A stretch of 64,000 bases of DNA from an uncultured Verrucomicrobiota bacterium (lineage in GTDB: Bacteria > Verrucomicrobiota > Verrucomicrobiia > Limisphaerales > UBA9464). The position numbers and the translations under genes were made by a program. This document shows positions 9,256 to 19,112 of the stretch, piece by piece. Under the pieces are notes generated by a model that did no database searches, was not told the origin of the DNA, and saw nothing but the letters and a program-made list of their open reading frames with translations. The DNA lies in NCBI GenBank assembly GCA_903896505.1, contig CAITXU010000287.1, forward strand, positions 21,308 through 85,307, written 5' to 3'. How positions within the stretch are numbered: position 1 is the first letter of the stretch; the number at the start of each line of letters is the position of its first letter.

Positions 9256-9810
9256 ATGAATGCCGTTGCCACCGTGACGCTGACTCGCGACTGCGAGGCC
9301 GTACAAATCCCCGCAGGTCATACCATCACTCTGCCGGCGGGCACCGAAGTGGATATCACTCAAACGCTTGGGGGAACCTATACGGTTCATGCCGTGGGGG
9401 GGCTCTACCGGATTTCCGGCAAGGACGCCGATGCCTTGGGCCGTGTTGCGGAGCCAGGGGCGGTGGGTTCAAAGACCTACCCGGACGAAGGGGTGGACGT
9501 CAGTGAGCAAATGATCTGGGACACCCTTCGGACCTGCTATGATCCCGAGATTCCGGTCAACATTGTCGACTTGGGCCTGGTCTACGACCTCGGGTTGGAG
9601 GATTTGCCCAATCGGTCCAAGAAGGTCTTCGTGAAGATGACCTTGACTGCTCCCGGATGCGGCATGGGAGCCACCATCGCCGGCGATGCCCAGCAGAAAA
9701 TCTTGGGCCTTCCCGGTGTCGAAGACGCAAGTGTCGAGATTGTCTGGGACCCACCCTGGCATCAAAGCATGATCACTGTGGAAGGGCGTCGCCTTCTTGG
9801 TATTGAGTAA
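9256..9810 (+). CDS. sufT: SufT-like Fe-S assembly protein (DUF59/MIP18 domain)
   Basis: The C-terminal DUF59 signature is present: IWDTLRTCYDPEIPVNIVDLGLVYD ... TLTAPGCGMG. Size (~184 aa) fits SufT. Confidence 0.65.
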   Translation: MNAVATVTLTRDCEAVQIPAGHTITLPAGTEVDITQTLGGTYTVHAVGGLYRISGKDADALGRVAEPGAVGSKTYPDEGVDVSEQMIWDTLRTCYDPEIPVNIVDLGLVYDLGLEDLPNRSKKVFVKMTLTAPGCGMGATIAGDAQQKILGLPGVEDASVEIVWDPPWHQSMITVEGRRLLGIE

Positions 9811-9949
9811 TCTCAGTCGCCGATGGCAGGGAAGCGGTCTTCGTTTCCTTTCCGGATTCCATCGTTCTTCGATTTTTTAGAAGCCGTCCCTAAATCCTGT
9901 CAGTTTCCAACCTCCGGTTTTCCCTCACGATTGCCCCTGTTCTCGTTCT

Positions 9950-11800
9950 ATGTCGGACCCGAAATCTACCGAGCTGATGGAAAAGATTGTCAGCCTGAGC
10001 AAGCGTCGCGGCTTTATTTACCCGTCGTCGGAAGTCTACGGCGGTATCAATGGCTTCTGGGACTACGGTCCGCTTGGCGCTGAACTGAAGCGCAACGTCA
10101 AGGACCTCTGGTGGCGGTCCATGGTCCATTACCGGGATGACGTGGTCGGGCTCGAAGCCACCATCATCATGCATCCGTTGATCTGGAAGGCATCAGGGCA
10201 CTTGGACACCTTCAGCGATCCGATGAGCACCTGCCGCCAGTGCAAAAAGCTCGTTCGCTCGGACCAGGCTCGCGAGATGGTGGAGGACGCCGACTGGTTT
10301 CAGGAACTCCAGCGCTTTTACCAACAGGCGACACAGTCCAGTCCGGTGGCAGTCTCCGCCGAGTCGTTGGAGAAACTGGCTCAGGCGACCCGAAAGCATG
10401 CTCCCAGCCTGGCCCTGGTCCGCGCCCGCGAAGCGGTCACCGCCCGGCTTCTTGCCTCGGCCGCCAACAACGGTCCCGATTGGGCCGACGAAAACCAATT
10501 TATCCGGTCGGTGAGCACCGAAAATGCGGCGGCGGGTTTGACGCACTTTCCGTGTCCGCATTGTGGTGGTGAACTGACCGAGCCTCGTCCGTTCAACCTC
10601 ATGTTCAAGACCCATTACGGGCCGGTTGAGAGCGATGACAATGTCTGCTATCTCCGTCCGGAGACGGCGCAGGCCATTTTCGTCCAATTCAAGAACGTCT
10701 TTGAGACCTCGCGACAGAAGCTTCCCTTTGGCATCGCACAGGTGGGCAAGGCCTTCCGTAATGAGGTCACTCCCCGGAATTTCACCTTCCGCTCACGTGA
10801 GTTTGAGCAAATGGAGCTCGAGTTTTTCATCAAGCCGGACGAGGCCGTGGCCGCTTTGGCGGGAGGGGTGGCGTCGGCGAGTGATGGAGCCTGGCAGGGG
10901 ACGCCCCAGCCGGACTGGGGCTGGGAGGTCTGGCATAAGTACTGGGTGGAGCAGCGAGTCCGATTTTACGAGAGTATCGGTTTGGCGCGTGAGGATTTTG
11001 TCGAGTATTGGCAGAAGCCAGACGAACTGGCCCATTACGCCCGGGCGACGGTCGACATCCTTTTCCGGTTTCCCTTCGGTGTTCAGGAACTGGAGGGCAT
11101 CGCCGCACGGGGCGATTTCGACCTGACCCAACATCAAAAATTCTCTGGGAAATCGACTGAAGTCTTTGATGAGGAGCTTCGTTCAGCTTGGGCCATACTG
11201 GACGAGCCAACCCGGACCGCGTTAAGAGCCCGGCATGAGTCTTCCTTGAAGGAGTCTCTCCTTAAAAAGGGAATCGCGGGAGATGAAGCCACTGCACAAG
11301 CGGCAGCCGCGTCTCAGGCATATTTCGAGAAGTTGGCCAAGGGTCACTACGTCCCTCACGTGATTGAACCTTCGGCAGGCGTCGACCGTCTCATCCTGGC
11401 CCTGCTGTGCAAGGCCTACCGTGAAGTCGTCTCTACCGATGAAAAGGGAAAGACCGAAACGCGGGTGGTCCTTCAGTTTCACCCCCGGATTGCCCCGATT
11501 AAAGTGGGGGTTTTTCCGTTGCTGAAGAACAAACCCGAATTGGTGGCCAAGGCGCTGGCCGTTCGGGATCTACTCCGGCCTCACATGACCGTGTTTTACG
11601 ATGAATCCGGTGCCATTGGCCGACGCTATGCCCGTCAGGACGAGGCGGGGACGCCGTTCGGTGTGACCATCGATTTTGATACCTTGGGTGAAAAGCCGGA
11701 ACTGGCGGACACCGTGACCTTGCGTCATCGCGATGACGGTCGGCAGGAACGCCTTCCCATAGCCGAACTGCTTCCGCGTCTTTTGCCGCTCATTCGCTAA
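9950..11800 (+). CDS. glyQS: glycine--tRNA ligase (alpha2 type) with two large insertions
   Basis: MEKIVSLSKRRGFIYPSSEVYGGINGFWDYGPLG, RPFNLMFKT, YLRPETAQ, FRNE, VIEPSAGVDR and the C-terminal anticodon-binding domain are all present. Confidence 0.9.
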   Translation: MSDPKSTELMEKIVSLSKRRGFIYPSSEVYGGINGFWDYGPLGAELKRNVKDLWWRSMVHYRDDVVGLEATIIMHPLIWKASGHLDTFSDPMSTCRQCKKLVRSDQAREMVEDADWFQELQRFYQQATQSSPVAVSAESLEKLAQATRKHAPSLALVRAREAVTARLLASAANNGPDWADENQFIRSVSTENAAAGLTHFPCPHCGGELTEPRPFNLMFKTHYGPVESDDNVCYLRPETAQAIFVQFKNVFETSRQKLPFGIAQVGKAFRNEVTPRNFTFRSREFEQMELEFFIKPDEAVAALAGGVASASDGAWQGTPQPDWGWEVWHKYWVEQRVRFYESIGLAREDFVEYWQKPDELAHYARATVDILFRFPFGVQELEGIAARGDFDLTQHQKFSGKSTEVFDEELRSAWAILDEPTRTALRARHESSLKESLLKKGIAGDEATAQAAAASQAYFEKLAKGHYVPHVIEPSAGVDRLILALLCKAYREVVSTDEKGKTETRVVLQFHPRIAPIKVGVFPLLKNKPELVAKALAVRDLLRPHMTVFYDESGAIGRRYARQDEAGTPFGVTIDFDTLGEKPELADTVTLRHRDDGRQERLPIAELLPRLLPLIR

Positions 11801-11802
11801 GC

Positions 11803-12306
11803 ATGACTGAACTGCCACCACGGACGGCCGGTTTGTACGGCATCATCTTTTACAAGCTGATCAAGGGCATTTTGTTCCTCGCACTGGGGCTGGGAATTTA
11901 CACGCTCACCGACAACAATCTGCCGGAGGATTTCCGCAATATTGTCCAGCAGCTGCACATGGATCCGGAGAATGAGTGGTTCCAGGAATTGGAGCAACAG
12001 CTGGCCAAAGTCACGCCCGGCCAATTGATCAAGCTGGCTTCCGGTAGTTTGCTGTACAGCCTGCCCTCTCTCATCGAGACGGTCGGGCTTTTCTACCGGT
12101 GGTCTTGGGCCGGATGGATGGCGATCGTCGAAAGTTCCTTCTTCATTCCCATTGAAATCTACGAATTGGGGCACCACTTCAACGTGGTACTGCTGGTCTT
12201 GACCATCATCAACGTGGCCATTGTCTGGTACCTTTACAGGAACCGGGAACGCCTGTTTCCACACCACCGTCCACAGGGGAAAGTGACCGCAACCCGGGCG
12301 GCGTGA
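11803..12306 (+). CDS. DUF2127 membrane protein
   Basis: GLYGIIFYKLIKGILFLALGLGIY plus further TM segments. The ATG lies 3 nt after the glyQS stop. Confidence 0.55.
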   Translation: MTELPPRTAGLYGIIFYKLIKGILFLALGLGIYTLTDNNLPEDFRNIVQQLHMDPENEWFQELEQQLAKVTPGQLIKLASGSLLYSLPSLIETVGLFYRWSWAGWMAIVESSFFIPIEIYELGHHFNVVLLVLTIINVAIVWYLYRNRERLFPHHRPQGKVTATRAA

Positions 12307-12316
12307 AGAGCAGGGA

Positions 12317-13612
12317 CTATTTCCACGCAGCACCGCCCGGAAAGGCGAACTCCGTTCGGCTTTTGGGCAATATCTCGGTACTGTAGCCGGGCAGGGTCGG
12401 GGCAAGGTATCGTCCGCGACGCATGCGACAGGGATCGACGAAGTGTTCATGAAGGTGATCGACGAATTCGCACACACGTCCCTCCCAATCGCCGCTAATG
12501 GAAATGTAGTCGATCATGGACAGATGCTGGACGAATTCACACAGGCCCACCCCTCCGGCATGAGGACACACTGGAACTCCGTAATGGGCCGCCAACAGAA
12601 GGACGGCCAGATTCTCGTTCACTCCCCCCAGTCGACATGAATCGATTTGGCAGAAAGAAATGGCCTTCGCCGCCAGCAGTTGCTTGAAGAGGATGCGGTT
12701 CATCCCGTGCTCTCCAGTGGCCACCCCAATCCCCAACGGTTCCATCGCCCGGGCGATGGCGGCATGGCCAAGGATGTCATCGGGTGAAGTGGGTTCCTCA
12801 ATCCACCACGGTTTGAATTCTGCCAACTCTTTCATCCAGGCAATGGCCTGTGGCACCTCCCAAACCTGGTTCGCATCCACCATGAGCTTTCGATCCCAGC
12901 CAATCTCCTCGCGAATGATGGCCAGTCGTCGACGGTCATCCGCCAGATCGCGACCCACCTTGACCTTGATGTGGTTCCAACCCTCCGCGACCGCCTCCTG
13001 GCAAAGCCGTCGAATCTTGTCGTCGGGATAACCGAGCCAACCAGCGCTCGTCGTATAGGCGGGATATCCCTCCGCTTCGAGTCGGGCGATGCGTTCCTGT
13101 TTTCCGGGCTCAAGTCGCCGCAGAATGGCCAGGGCCTCGTCTGGGGTCAGGGCATCGGTCAGATATCGAAAATCGACGCAACGGACCAATTCCTCGGACG
13201 ACATGTTGGCCAGCAGTCGCCACAGCGGCAGGCCCTCCGATTTGGCATACAGGTCCCACCAGGCATTGACAATGGCGCCCAAGGCCAAGTGCATTGCCCC
13301 CTTGTCCGGGCCAATCCACCGCAATTGGGAATCATTGGTCAAATGCCGCCATTCGGCCCCGGGATTCGCTGCAAAGTTCTCCAGGGTTCGCCCGACGATG
13401 AGGTGTTCGTGTGCCCGGATGGCACTCAAGACCACCTCGTTCCCGCGTCCGATGGTGAAACTCAAGCCATGCCCCTCCCGTCCGTCGTCGGTATGCAGTA
13501 CGACATAGGCGGCGGAATAGTCCGGGTCCGGGTTCATGGCATCCGAACCATCTTTTTCGCGCGAGGTGGGAAACCGAATGTCTTCAATGCTGAGGCGTGT
13601 GACGCGGGGCAT
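12317..13612 (-). CDS. fucD: L-fuconate dehydratase (enolase superfamily)
   Basis: From the internal ATG at 13612 the product reads MPRVTRLSIEDIRFPTSREKDGSDAMNPDPDYSAAYVV, with LRWIGPDKG, AYTTSAGWLGY, WIEEPTSPDD and GGVNENLAVLLLAA. This closely matches Xanthomonas FucD as I recall it. Confidence 0.9.
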   Translation of the reverse strand: MPRVTRLSIEDIRFPTSREKDGSDAMNPDPDYSAAYVVLHTDDGREGHGLSFTIGRGNEVVLSAIRAHEHLIVGRTLENFAANPGAEWRHLTNDSQLRWIGPDKGAMHLALGAIVNAWWDLYAKSEGLPLWRLLANMSSEELVRCVDFRYLTDALTPDEALAILRRLEPGKQERIARLEAEGYPAYTTSAGWLGYPDDKIRRLCQEAVAEGWNHIKVKVGRDLADDRRRLAIIREEIGWDRKLMVDANQVWEVPQAIAWMKELAEFKPWWIEEPTSPDDILGHAAIARAMEPLGIGVATGEHGMNRILFKQLLAAKAISFCQIDSCRLGGVNENLAVLLLAAHYGVPVCPHAGGVGLCEFVQHLSMIDYISISGDWEGRVCEFVDHLHEHFVDPCRMRRGRYLAPTLPGYSTEILPKSRTEFAFPGGAAWK

Positions 13613-13699
13613 GGGATAATTCTGGCACGGTTGCGCTTCGGAGGGAATAGCGACCGAAAGGCTGTCGCCAAAATCCAAAATCCTGCTCACCTTTCCGAC

Positions 13700-15646
13700 A
13701 TGAAACGATTCTGGTGGCTGGGATGGTTCCTCCTCTGTGTGGCCCGGGGCGGTGACTGGCATCCTCTATTCGATGGCAAGACGTTGGCCGGATGGTCACC
13801 CACCCGGTTCGGCGGGGCCGGTGAGGTTGAAATCGTGGATGGGTCCATCGTCCTCCACCAAGGAATTTTGACCGGGGTCAATTTCACCAATGCGGTTCCC
13901 ACCTCGGATTATGAAATCGAGTTGGAAGCCCGACGGACCTCCGGTCTGGACTTTTTTTGCGGTTTGACCTTCCCGGTCGGGGAATCGTTTGCCTCGTGGA
14001 TTGTCGGAGGATGGGGCGGGGCGGTGGTTGGCATCTCGAGCTTGGACGGCGCAGATGCCTCGCACAACGCCACCACCAAGTACCGTCGTTTTGAGACGGA
14101 TCGTTGGTATCGACTCCGGCTGACGGTGACGACGAATCGCCTCGAAGCAGCCATTGATGGGGAACTGGTGATCCAGGCCGATATTCACGGGGTCAAGGTC
14201 AGCCTGCGGCCAGGCGAAATTGAATTGAGCAAGCCCCTTGGCATCGCCGCCTGGAATACCACCTCGGAACTTCGCAACATTCGCATTCGGACCCTCGATG
14301 CGGTTTCCGAAACCAAGCCCACGGCCGTGGCCATTCCAGCAGGACCGACGATTCCTGCGGAACTCCAGTCAACCGCCACCCGGCTTTTTTCCGCCGTGAC
14401 CAACTCGCCGTCGGCCTATGACCACCTGGCCCAATTGTGCGACCAATTCGGACCCCGGTTTTCCGGAAGCACGAATCTGGAGGCCGCCATCGACTGGCTC
14501 CTTGCCCAAATGAAGGCCGACGGGTTGGAAAACGTGCATGGCGAGACGGTGACCGTACCTCATTGGGTGCGAGGGGAGGAATCAGCAGAGATGCTGGCTC
14601 CACGTCACGAAAATCTGGTGGTCCTGGGCTTGGGCGGAACCATTGCGACTCCGCCCGAAGGGATCACCGCCCCGGTTTTGGTGGTGACCAATTTTGCTGA
14701 ATTGCAGGAACGGACCAGTGAGGCCCGGGGCCGAATCGTGGTATTCGAGGCCCCCTACACCGACTACGGAACCACCGTGCGGTACCGATATTCCGGTGCC
14801 GCCGAGGCGGCCAAAGCCGGTGCCGTGGCCAGCCTGATTCGAAGTGTGACGCCGTTTTCCTTGAAATCACCCCACACTGGCATGATGGCGTACGACTCCA
14901 ATTTCCCGGCCATTCCCCACGGAGCCTTGGCTCCCGAAGACTCCGCCCGTCTGGCCCGCTGGCAGGCCCGGGGAGAACGTCCGGTGGTTCGACTGAAACT
15001 GGCGGGCCACCTGGAACCACCGACGACCTCCCGCAACGTCATTGCCGAGGTTCGGGGACGCGAACATCCGGAGGAAGTGGTGGTCGTGGGTGGCCATATC
15101 GATTCGTGGGATGTCGGCCAGGGAGCCCAGGATGACGGCGGCAATTGCATGGCGGCTTGGGAAGTTCTGAGAGTCATCAAGAAGTTGGGCATCCAACCGA
15201 GACGAACTATTCGTCTGGTTCTGTGGACCAACGAGGAAAATGGAACTGCTGGTGCCCGCGGATACCGCGATGCTCATCGGGAGGAACTGGCCAACCACGT
15301 GGCGGCCATCGAAGCTGACAGTGGCGTGTTTTATCCTTCAGGCTTTGGATTTACCGGCAGTGAAGCAGGAGGACGCGTGATTCGCTCCATCACTCGATTC
15401 CTGTCGACCTTGAACGGCGCGGGAGAATTCGCATTGGGCGCCGGCGAGACGGACATCGCTCCCCTCATTGAGGGGGGCGTTCCGCAACTGGGTCTCCGAT
15501 TGAAGCCCAATCACTACTTTTGGTACCACCACACGGCGGCGGATACCGTCGACAAGGTCGATCCCTCCGACCTCCAGCAAGTCGGAGGGACCTTGGCCGT
15601 CATGACCTATCTGCTGGCCGATTTGCCCGACCGGCTGCCGCGGTAA
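13700..15646 (+). CDS. secreted DUF1080 (3-keto-disaccharide hydrolase-like) domain fused to an M28 family peptidase
   Basis: ATG at 13700 gives MKRFWWLGWFLLCV (signal) followed by WHPLFDGKTLAGW. The C-terminal M28 motifs are VVVGGHIDSWDVGQGAQDDG and WTNEENG. The long upstream extension of ORF 12971 is antisense to fucD. Confidence 0.75.
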   Translation: MKRFWWLGWFLLCVARGGDWHPLFDGKTLAGWSPTRFGGAGEVEIVDGSIVLHQGILTGVNFTNAVPTSDYEIELEARRTSGLDFFCGLTFPVGESFASWIVGGWGGAVVGISSLDGADASHNATTKYRRFETDRWYRLRLTVTTNRLEAAIDGELVIQADIHGVKVSLRPGEIELSKPLGIAAWNTTSELRNIRIRTLDAVSETKPTAVAIPAGPTIPAELQSTATRLFSAVTNSPSAYDHLAQLCDQFGPRFSGSTNLEAAIDWLLAQMKADGLENVHGETVTVPHWVRGEESAEMLAPRHENLVVLGLGGTIATPPEGITAPVLVVTNFAELQERTSEARGRIVVFEAPYTDYGTTVRYRYSGAAEAAKAGAVASLIRSVTPFSLKSPHTGMMAYDSNFPAIPHGALAPEDSARLARWQARGERPVVRLKLAGHLEPPTTSRNVIAEVRGREHPEEVVVVGGHIDSWDVGQGAQDDGGNCMAAWEVLRVIKKLGIQPRRTIRLVLWTNEENGTAGARGYRDAHREELANHVAAIEADSGVFYPSGFGFTGSEAGGRVIRSITRFLSTLNGAGEFALGAGETDIAPLIEGGVPQLGLRLKPNHYFWYHHTAADTVDKVDPSDLQQVGGTLAVMTYLLADLPDRLPR

Positions 15647-15660
15647 CGTGGTCCGTTCGT

Positions 15661-16557
15661 CTACCGTTCGCGTTCCAGGAGGTAGCGGGCCAGCGCCTCC
15701 AGGGCTGTCGCACGACCATTGAAAACCTCGAGTGAGGCATAGGCCTTCCGGGTCAGGTCGGCAGCAATCTTTTTCGACTTCTCCAGTCCCACCAACCGGG
15801 GATAGGTCGCTTTCTGGGCGTCGACATCCTTCCCAGCCGTTTTGCCCAGCACGGCGGACGATTGGGTGACGTCGAGAATGTCGTCAATGACCTGAAAGGC
15901 GAGACCGACATGGGTTCCAAAATCGGTCAGGGCGGACAACTGCCGGGGAGTGCAGTTGGCGCTCATACCCCCGAATCGCACCGAGGCGCATAAGAGTGCG
16001 CTGGTTTTGCGCTCATGGATGTAGCGCAATTGGGACACCGGAATGTCCTTTCCTTCAGCTTCCAGATCGGCGACCTGGCCGGCGATCAGTTGTCGCGAAC
16101 CGCTGGCCACCGCCAGCTCGAGAATGAGGTCCCGGTGGGAATAGCGCGGCCAGCTTTTGGCCCCGGCCACCAACTCAAACGCGACGGTCAGGAGGGCGTC
16201 GCCGGCCAATACCGCGATGCCTTCTCCAAACACCTTGTGGTTGGTCGGCTTACCCCGGCGAAAATCGTCATCGTCCATCGCCGGAAGATCGTCGTGGATC
16301 AACGAATAGGTGTGGATGCATTCCACGGCGCAGGCCAGCGGCAGCGCTGGTTCGTCCGTTCCGCCGCATGCCTCCGCTGCCGCCAGGACCAGGGCCGGAC
16401 GCATTCGCTTTCCACCCGCGAAGATGGAGTAGCGCATTGCCTGATGGATGGTGGCCGGCTTGGCCGAGGCTTTGGGCAGTAATTGATTTAGGGAACGGTC
16501 CACCCGGCTGGTTTTATCGGTCAGCCATTGGGACAAGTCGAAAGATGACGGCGCCAT
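15661..16557 (-). CDS. ispA: polyprenyl diphosphate synthase (FPP/GGPP synthase)
   Basis: The FARM motif HDDLPAMDDDDFRRGKPTNH and the SARM motif FQVIDDILD are present. Start is taken at MAPSSFDLSQW. Confidence 0.85.
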   Translation of the reverse strand: MAPSSFDLSQWLTDKTSRVDRSLNQLLPKASAKPATIHQAMRYSIFAGGKRMRPALVLAAAEACGGTDEPALPLACAVECIHTYSLIHDDLPAMDDDDFRRGKPTNHKVFGEGIAVLAGDALLTVAFELVAGAKSWPRYSHRDLILELAVASGSRQLIAGQVADLEAEGKDIPVSQLRYIHERKTSALLCASVRFGGMSANCTPRQLSALTDFGTHVGLAFQVIDDILDVTQSSAVLGKTAGKDVDAQKATYPRLVGLEKSKKIAADLTRKAYASLEVFNGRATALEALARYLLERER

Positions 16558-16822
16558 CAGCCCATCCTGTTCAAGATTTTGTCCGATGGCCAAGCCTGAA
16601 CCACACGGGATGACTTGGTTTGCCGGGCTCGGGTTCATCCCGAACCCACCGGCCATCGGAAATGGCGGAATGGAACGCCGAAGTGGAAGCGGCATCCTGC
16701 CGCTTTGCTTTTGGGGATGGGCGCGGTTCCAATCGTCGGAGCCTGGGTCCTGCGGACGGCCAATTGGCCTCACCGATTCGGCTGGTATTCAGTAGCCGAG
16801 ATTACTGAGGCGTAGGGCCAAT

Positions 16823-16867
16823 GGTAGGGCGAACCTCCTGGTGAGCCGTGGCGGTTCGGATCGCCTT
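16823..16867 (+). repeat. dispersed short repeat family A copy
   Basis: ggtagggcgaacctcctggtgagccgtggcggttcgg resembles the copy at 4883..4932. Confidence 0.6.
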
Positions 16868-16965
16868 CGACGGCACCCGCAGCCCGAGCAACTCCACCCT
16901 GGCATTCTGCATCACCCTCAGTCGATTCACTGGTCACGTCGTCGGATAAGGCTTTTCGGCCCCGC

Positions 16966-17424
16966 TTGAGCTGTTTTAGGGTAACGTTCTTGAGCAAGAA
17001 GTCCCCGCGCATCGCTGAATTGCTGGCCGATCTTCCCGCCAGTGAGTATGATCCCCACTACATCGGGTACTTTGTCTGCTTCAACCGGCAGCTGTATTTT
17101 GAGGCACACGATGTTCTGGAACAGCTGTGGCTGGCGGGCGGCAAGGCGGCTCCCAACTATGCCTTTTTCAAGGGCCTCATCCAGTTGGCCGGTGCCTTTG
17201 TCCATCTCCAGAAGGGCCGCCTGGGTCCGGCGGTCGCGCTCTTCCGTCTGACCGAGGCCAACCTATCTCTCTACCCACCGACGCACGCGGGCTTGGTGCT
17301 ACCGGACATTCTCCGCCTGGTGCACCAGTGGCGCAATTGGGTCGAGGCCGATGGATTCAACGTCAACCCGCTGGAGACCCAACCCGCCCCACGGTTGCTT
17401 CTCAATGGAGTGGCCCTAGTCTGA
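16966..17424 (+). CDS. DUF309 domain protein
   Basis: FNRQLYFEAHDVLEQLW ... FFKGLIQLAGAFVHL. TTG start is uncertain. Confidence 0.55.
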   Translation: MSCFRVTFLSKKSPRIAELLADLPASEYDPHYIGYFVCFNRQLYFEAHDVLEQLWLAGGKAAPNYAFFKGLIQLAGAFVHLQKGRLGPAVALFRLTEANLSLYPPTHAGLVLPDILRLVHQWRNWVEADGFNVNPLETQPAPRLLLNGVALV

Positions 17425-17436
17425 TACCTCGGAAAA

Positions 17437-18498
17437 ATGAACAAGACACTTCCCCGGAGTGGCACGAGCTCCCGGTTTGACGGAATCGAGACAACCGACT
17501 CCTTGCCCGCCGAATCGGGAACGAAATCTGTTCCATTATTTACAAGCTCCAGAGAGCTCCGGATATCGGGACAGTATTCCCCGGACGCCGAGGCGGTGGT
17601 CTATGAAGGAGATTGCCTGCGGTTGCTGGATTCAATTCCGGCTGCTGCGATTGATCTGGTCGTAACCTCGCCACCCTACAATCTCGGCAAATCCTATGAG
17701 CGGCGGCAGTCGCTCACGTCCTACCTCGATGGACAGAAAAAGGTCATCCGCGAATGCCATCGTGTGCTCAAGTCGTCGGGCAGCATTTGCTGGCAGGTTG
17801 GAAATTTCGTCGAAGATGGTGCCATTGTTCCATTGGACATTGTTCTTTACCCTGTCTTTGCGGAATTGGGCTTCCGGCTTCGGAACCGTGTCATCTGGCA
17901 TTTTGAGCACGGCCTGCACTGCACCCGGCGGCTGTCTGGACGTTATGAAACCATTCTTTGGTTTACCAAGAGCGAGGATTACACCTTCGAATTAGACGCG
18001 ATCCGCGTACCGCAAAAATATCCGGGAAAGAAACACTTCAAGGGTCCGCGGGCTGGGCAGTTTTCATGCAATCCGTTGGGGAAAAATCCAGGCGACCTTT
18101 GGACGATTCCCAATGTGAAGAGCAATCACGTCGAGAAAACAGTCCATCCCTGCCAGTTTCCCGTGGAATTGATCGAGCGCCTGGTCTTGTCGTTGACCCG
18201 GGAGGGTGATGTTGTCCTCGACCCGTACCTGGGTGTCGGAACCTCGGTGATTGCGGCTATTCGACACGGTCGCAGAGGGTTCGGTGCTGAGATTGCCCCC
18301 CAATATTCGGCATTAGCACGGGAGCGTATTGCTTCAGCGGCGAATGGGACGTTAGAAGTTCGCCCCATGAATCGTCCAGTCTTCGACCCCAAAGACGCTG
18401 GTAAAAAATTGACGACATCGCCCTGGGATAGCGAGCCTATTGACGACGCACAGCAGGTACTGCTGGAAAAATCCAACGGAAAAGTTCGACGCAAATGA
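17437..18498 (+). CDS. DNA methyltransferase, beta class, SPPY motif (N4-cytosine type likely)
   Basis: Motif IV is DLVVTSPPYNLGK. AdoMet motif I lies near the C-terminus (DVVLDPYLGVGTSVIAA), which is the beta-class order. Confidence 0.85.
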   Translation: MNKTLPRSGTSSRFDGIETTDSLPAESGTKSVPLFTSSRELRISGQYSPDAEAVVYEGDCLRLLDSIPAAAIDLVVTSPPYNLGKSYERRQSLTSYLDGQKKVIRECHRVLKSSGSICWQVGNFVEDGAIVPLDIVLYPVFAELGFRLRNRVIWHFEHGLHCTRRLSGRYETILWFTKSEDYTFELDAIRVPQKYPGKKHFKGPRAGQFSCNPLGKNPGDLWTIPNVKSNHVEKTVHPCQFPVELIERLVLSLTREGDVVLDPYLGVGTSVIAAIRHGRRGFGAEIAPQYSALARERIASAANGTLEVRPMNRPVFDPKDAGKKLTTSPWDSEPIDDAQQVLLEKSNGKVRRK

Positions 18499-19106
18499 AA
18501 GCCAGCGAGGTCTATTCCCATTTGAACGGACTGGAGTATTTGATGGTTCACAAGAGGCCCCTTTGGGATGGAGTCCTCCGTGTTATTGGTGATGTTGACG
18601 CAGGAGGTTGCCGAACGAAGCAGAGTAAGGAGAAGGGGATGGAGGGGAAAATGCTGTTCAGCCCGATAGACATGAATAGTGAATTCTCTCGACGACTGGG
18701 TGCAGACGGCTGGCGAGAAGAGCGAATTACTTATTGGGTCACCAAGAATGAGCGGTTGATTCGTCGAACGATTTCTTTGGAAGCGCCTATCCAGAAATCG
18801 GAAATCGAGGCCGCCGGTGAGACTCCGATTATGAGTTATAATCAGACAGACTTCGTCAAGGAACGGGTCGCCTTGGAGGTTCAGTTCGGAAAATACGCTT
18901 TTGTTTCCTACGATTTGTTTGTCAAGCACCTGGCATTCTATGTTCGCGACCAGATCGATGTGGGAATTGAAATCCTACCCATGAAGAGCCTCCAGCGCGA
19001 AATGTCCTCCGGGCCTGGCTACTACGAGGGAGAGCTTTACAATATCATTCGAAACGGTCGTGGGGTACCCGCCGTACCCCTGGTTGTGATTGGGGTCTCG
19101 GCATAG
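18495..19106 (+). CDS. type II restriction endonuclease, BglII/BstYI family
   Basis: QTDFVKERVALEVQFGKYAF matches the BglII catalytic D-X8-E-X-Q (BglII: DIDFGKRDTLVEVQFSNYPF). The C-terminal SSGPGYYE ... VPLVVIGV also resembles BglII. The product is 203 aa and the start overlaps the M1 stop (ATGA). Confidence 0.8.
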   Translation: MKASEVYSHLNGLEYLMVHKRPLWDGVLRVIGDVDAGGCRTKQSKEKGMEGKMLFSPIDMNSEFSRRLGADGWREERITYWVTKNERLIRRTISLEAPIQKSEIEAAGETPIMSYNQTDFVKERVALEVQFGKYAFVSYDLFVKHLAFYVRDQIDVGIEILPMKSLQREMSSGPGYYEGELYNIIRNGRGVPAVPLVVIGVSA

Positions 19107-19112
19107 TGGCTC

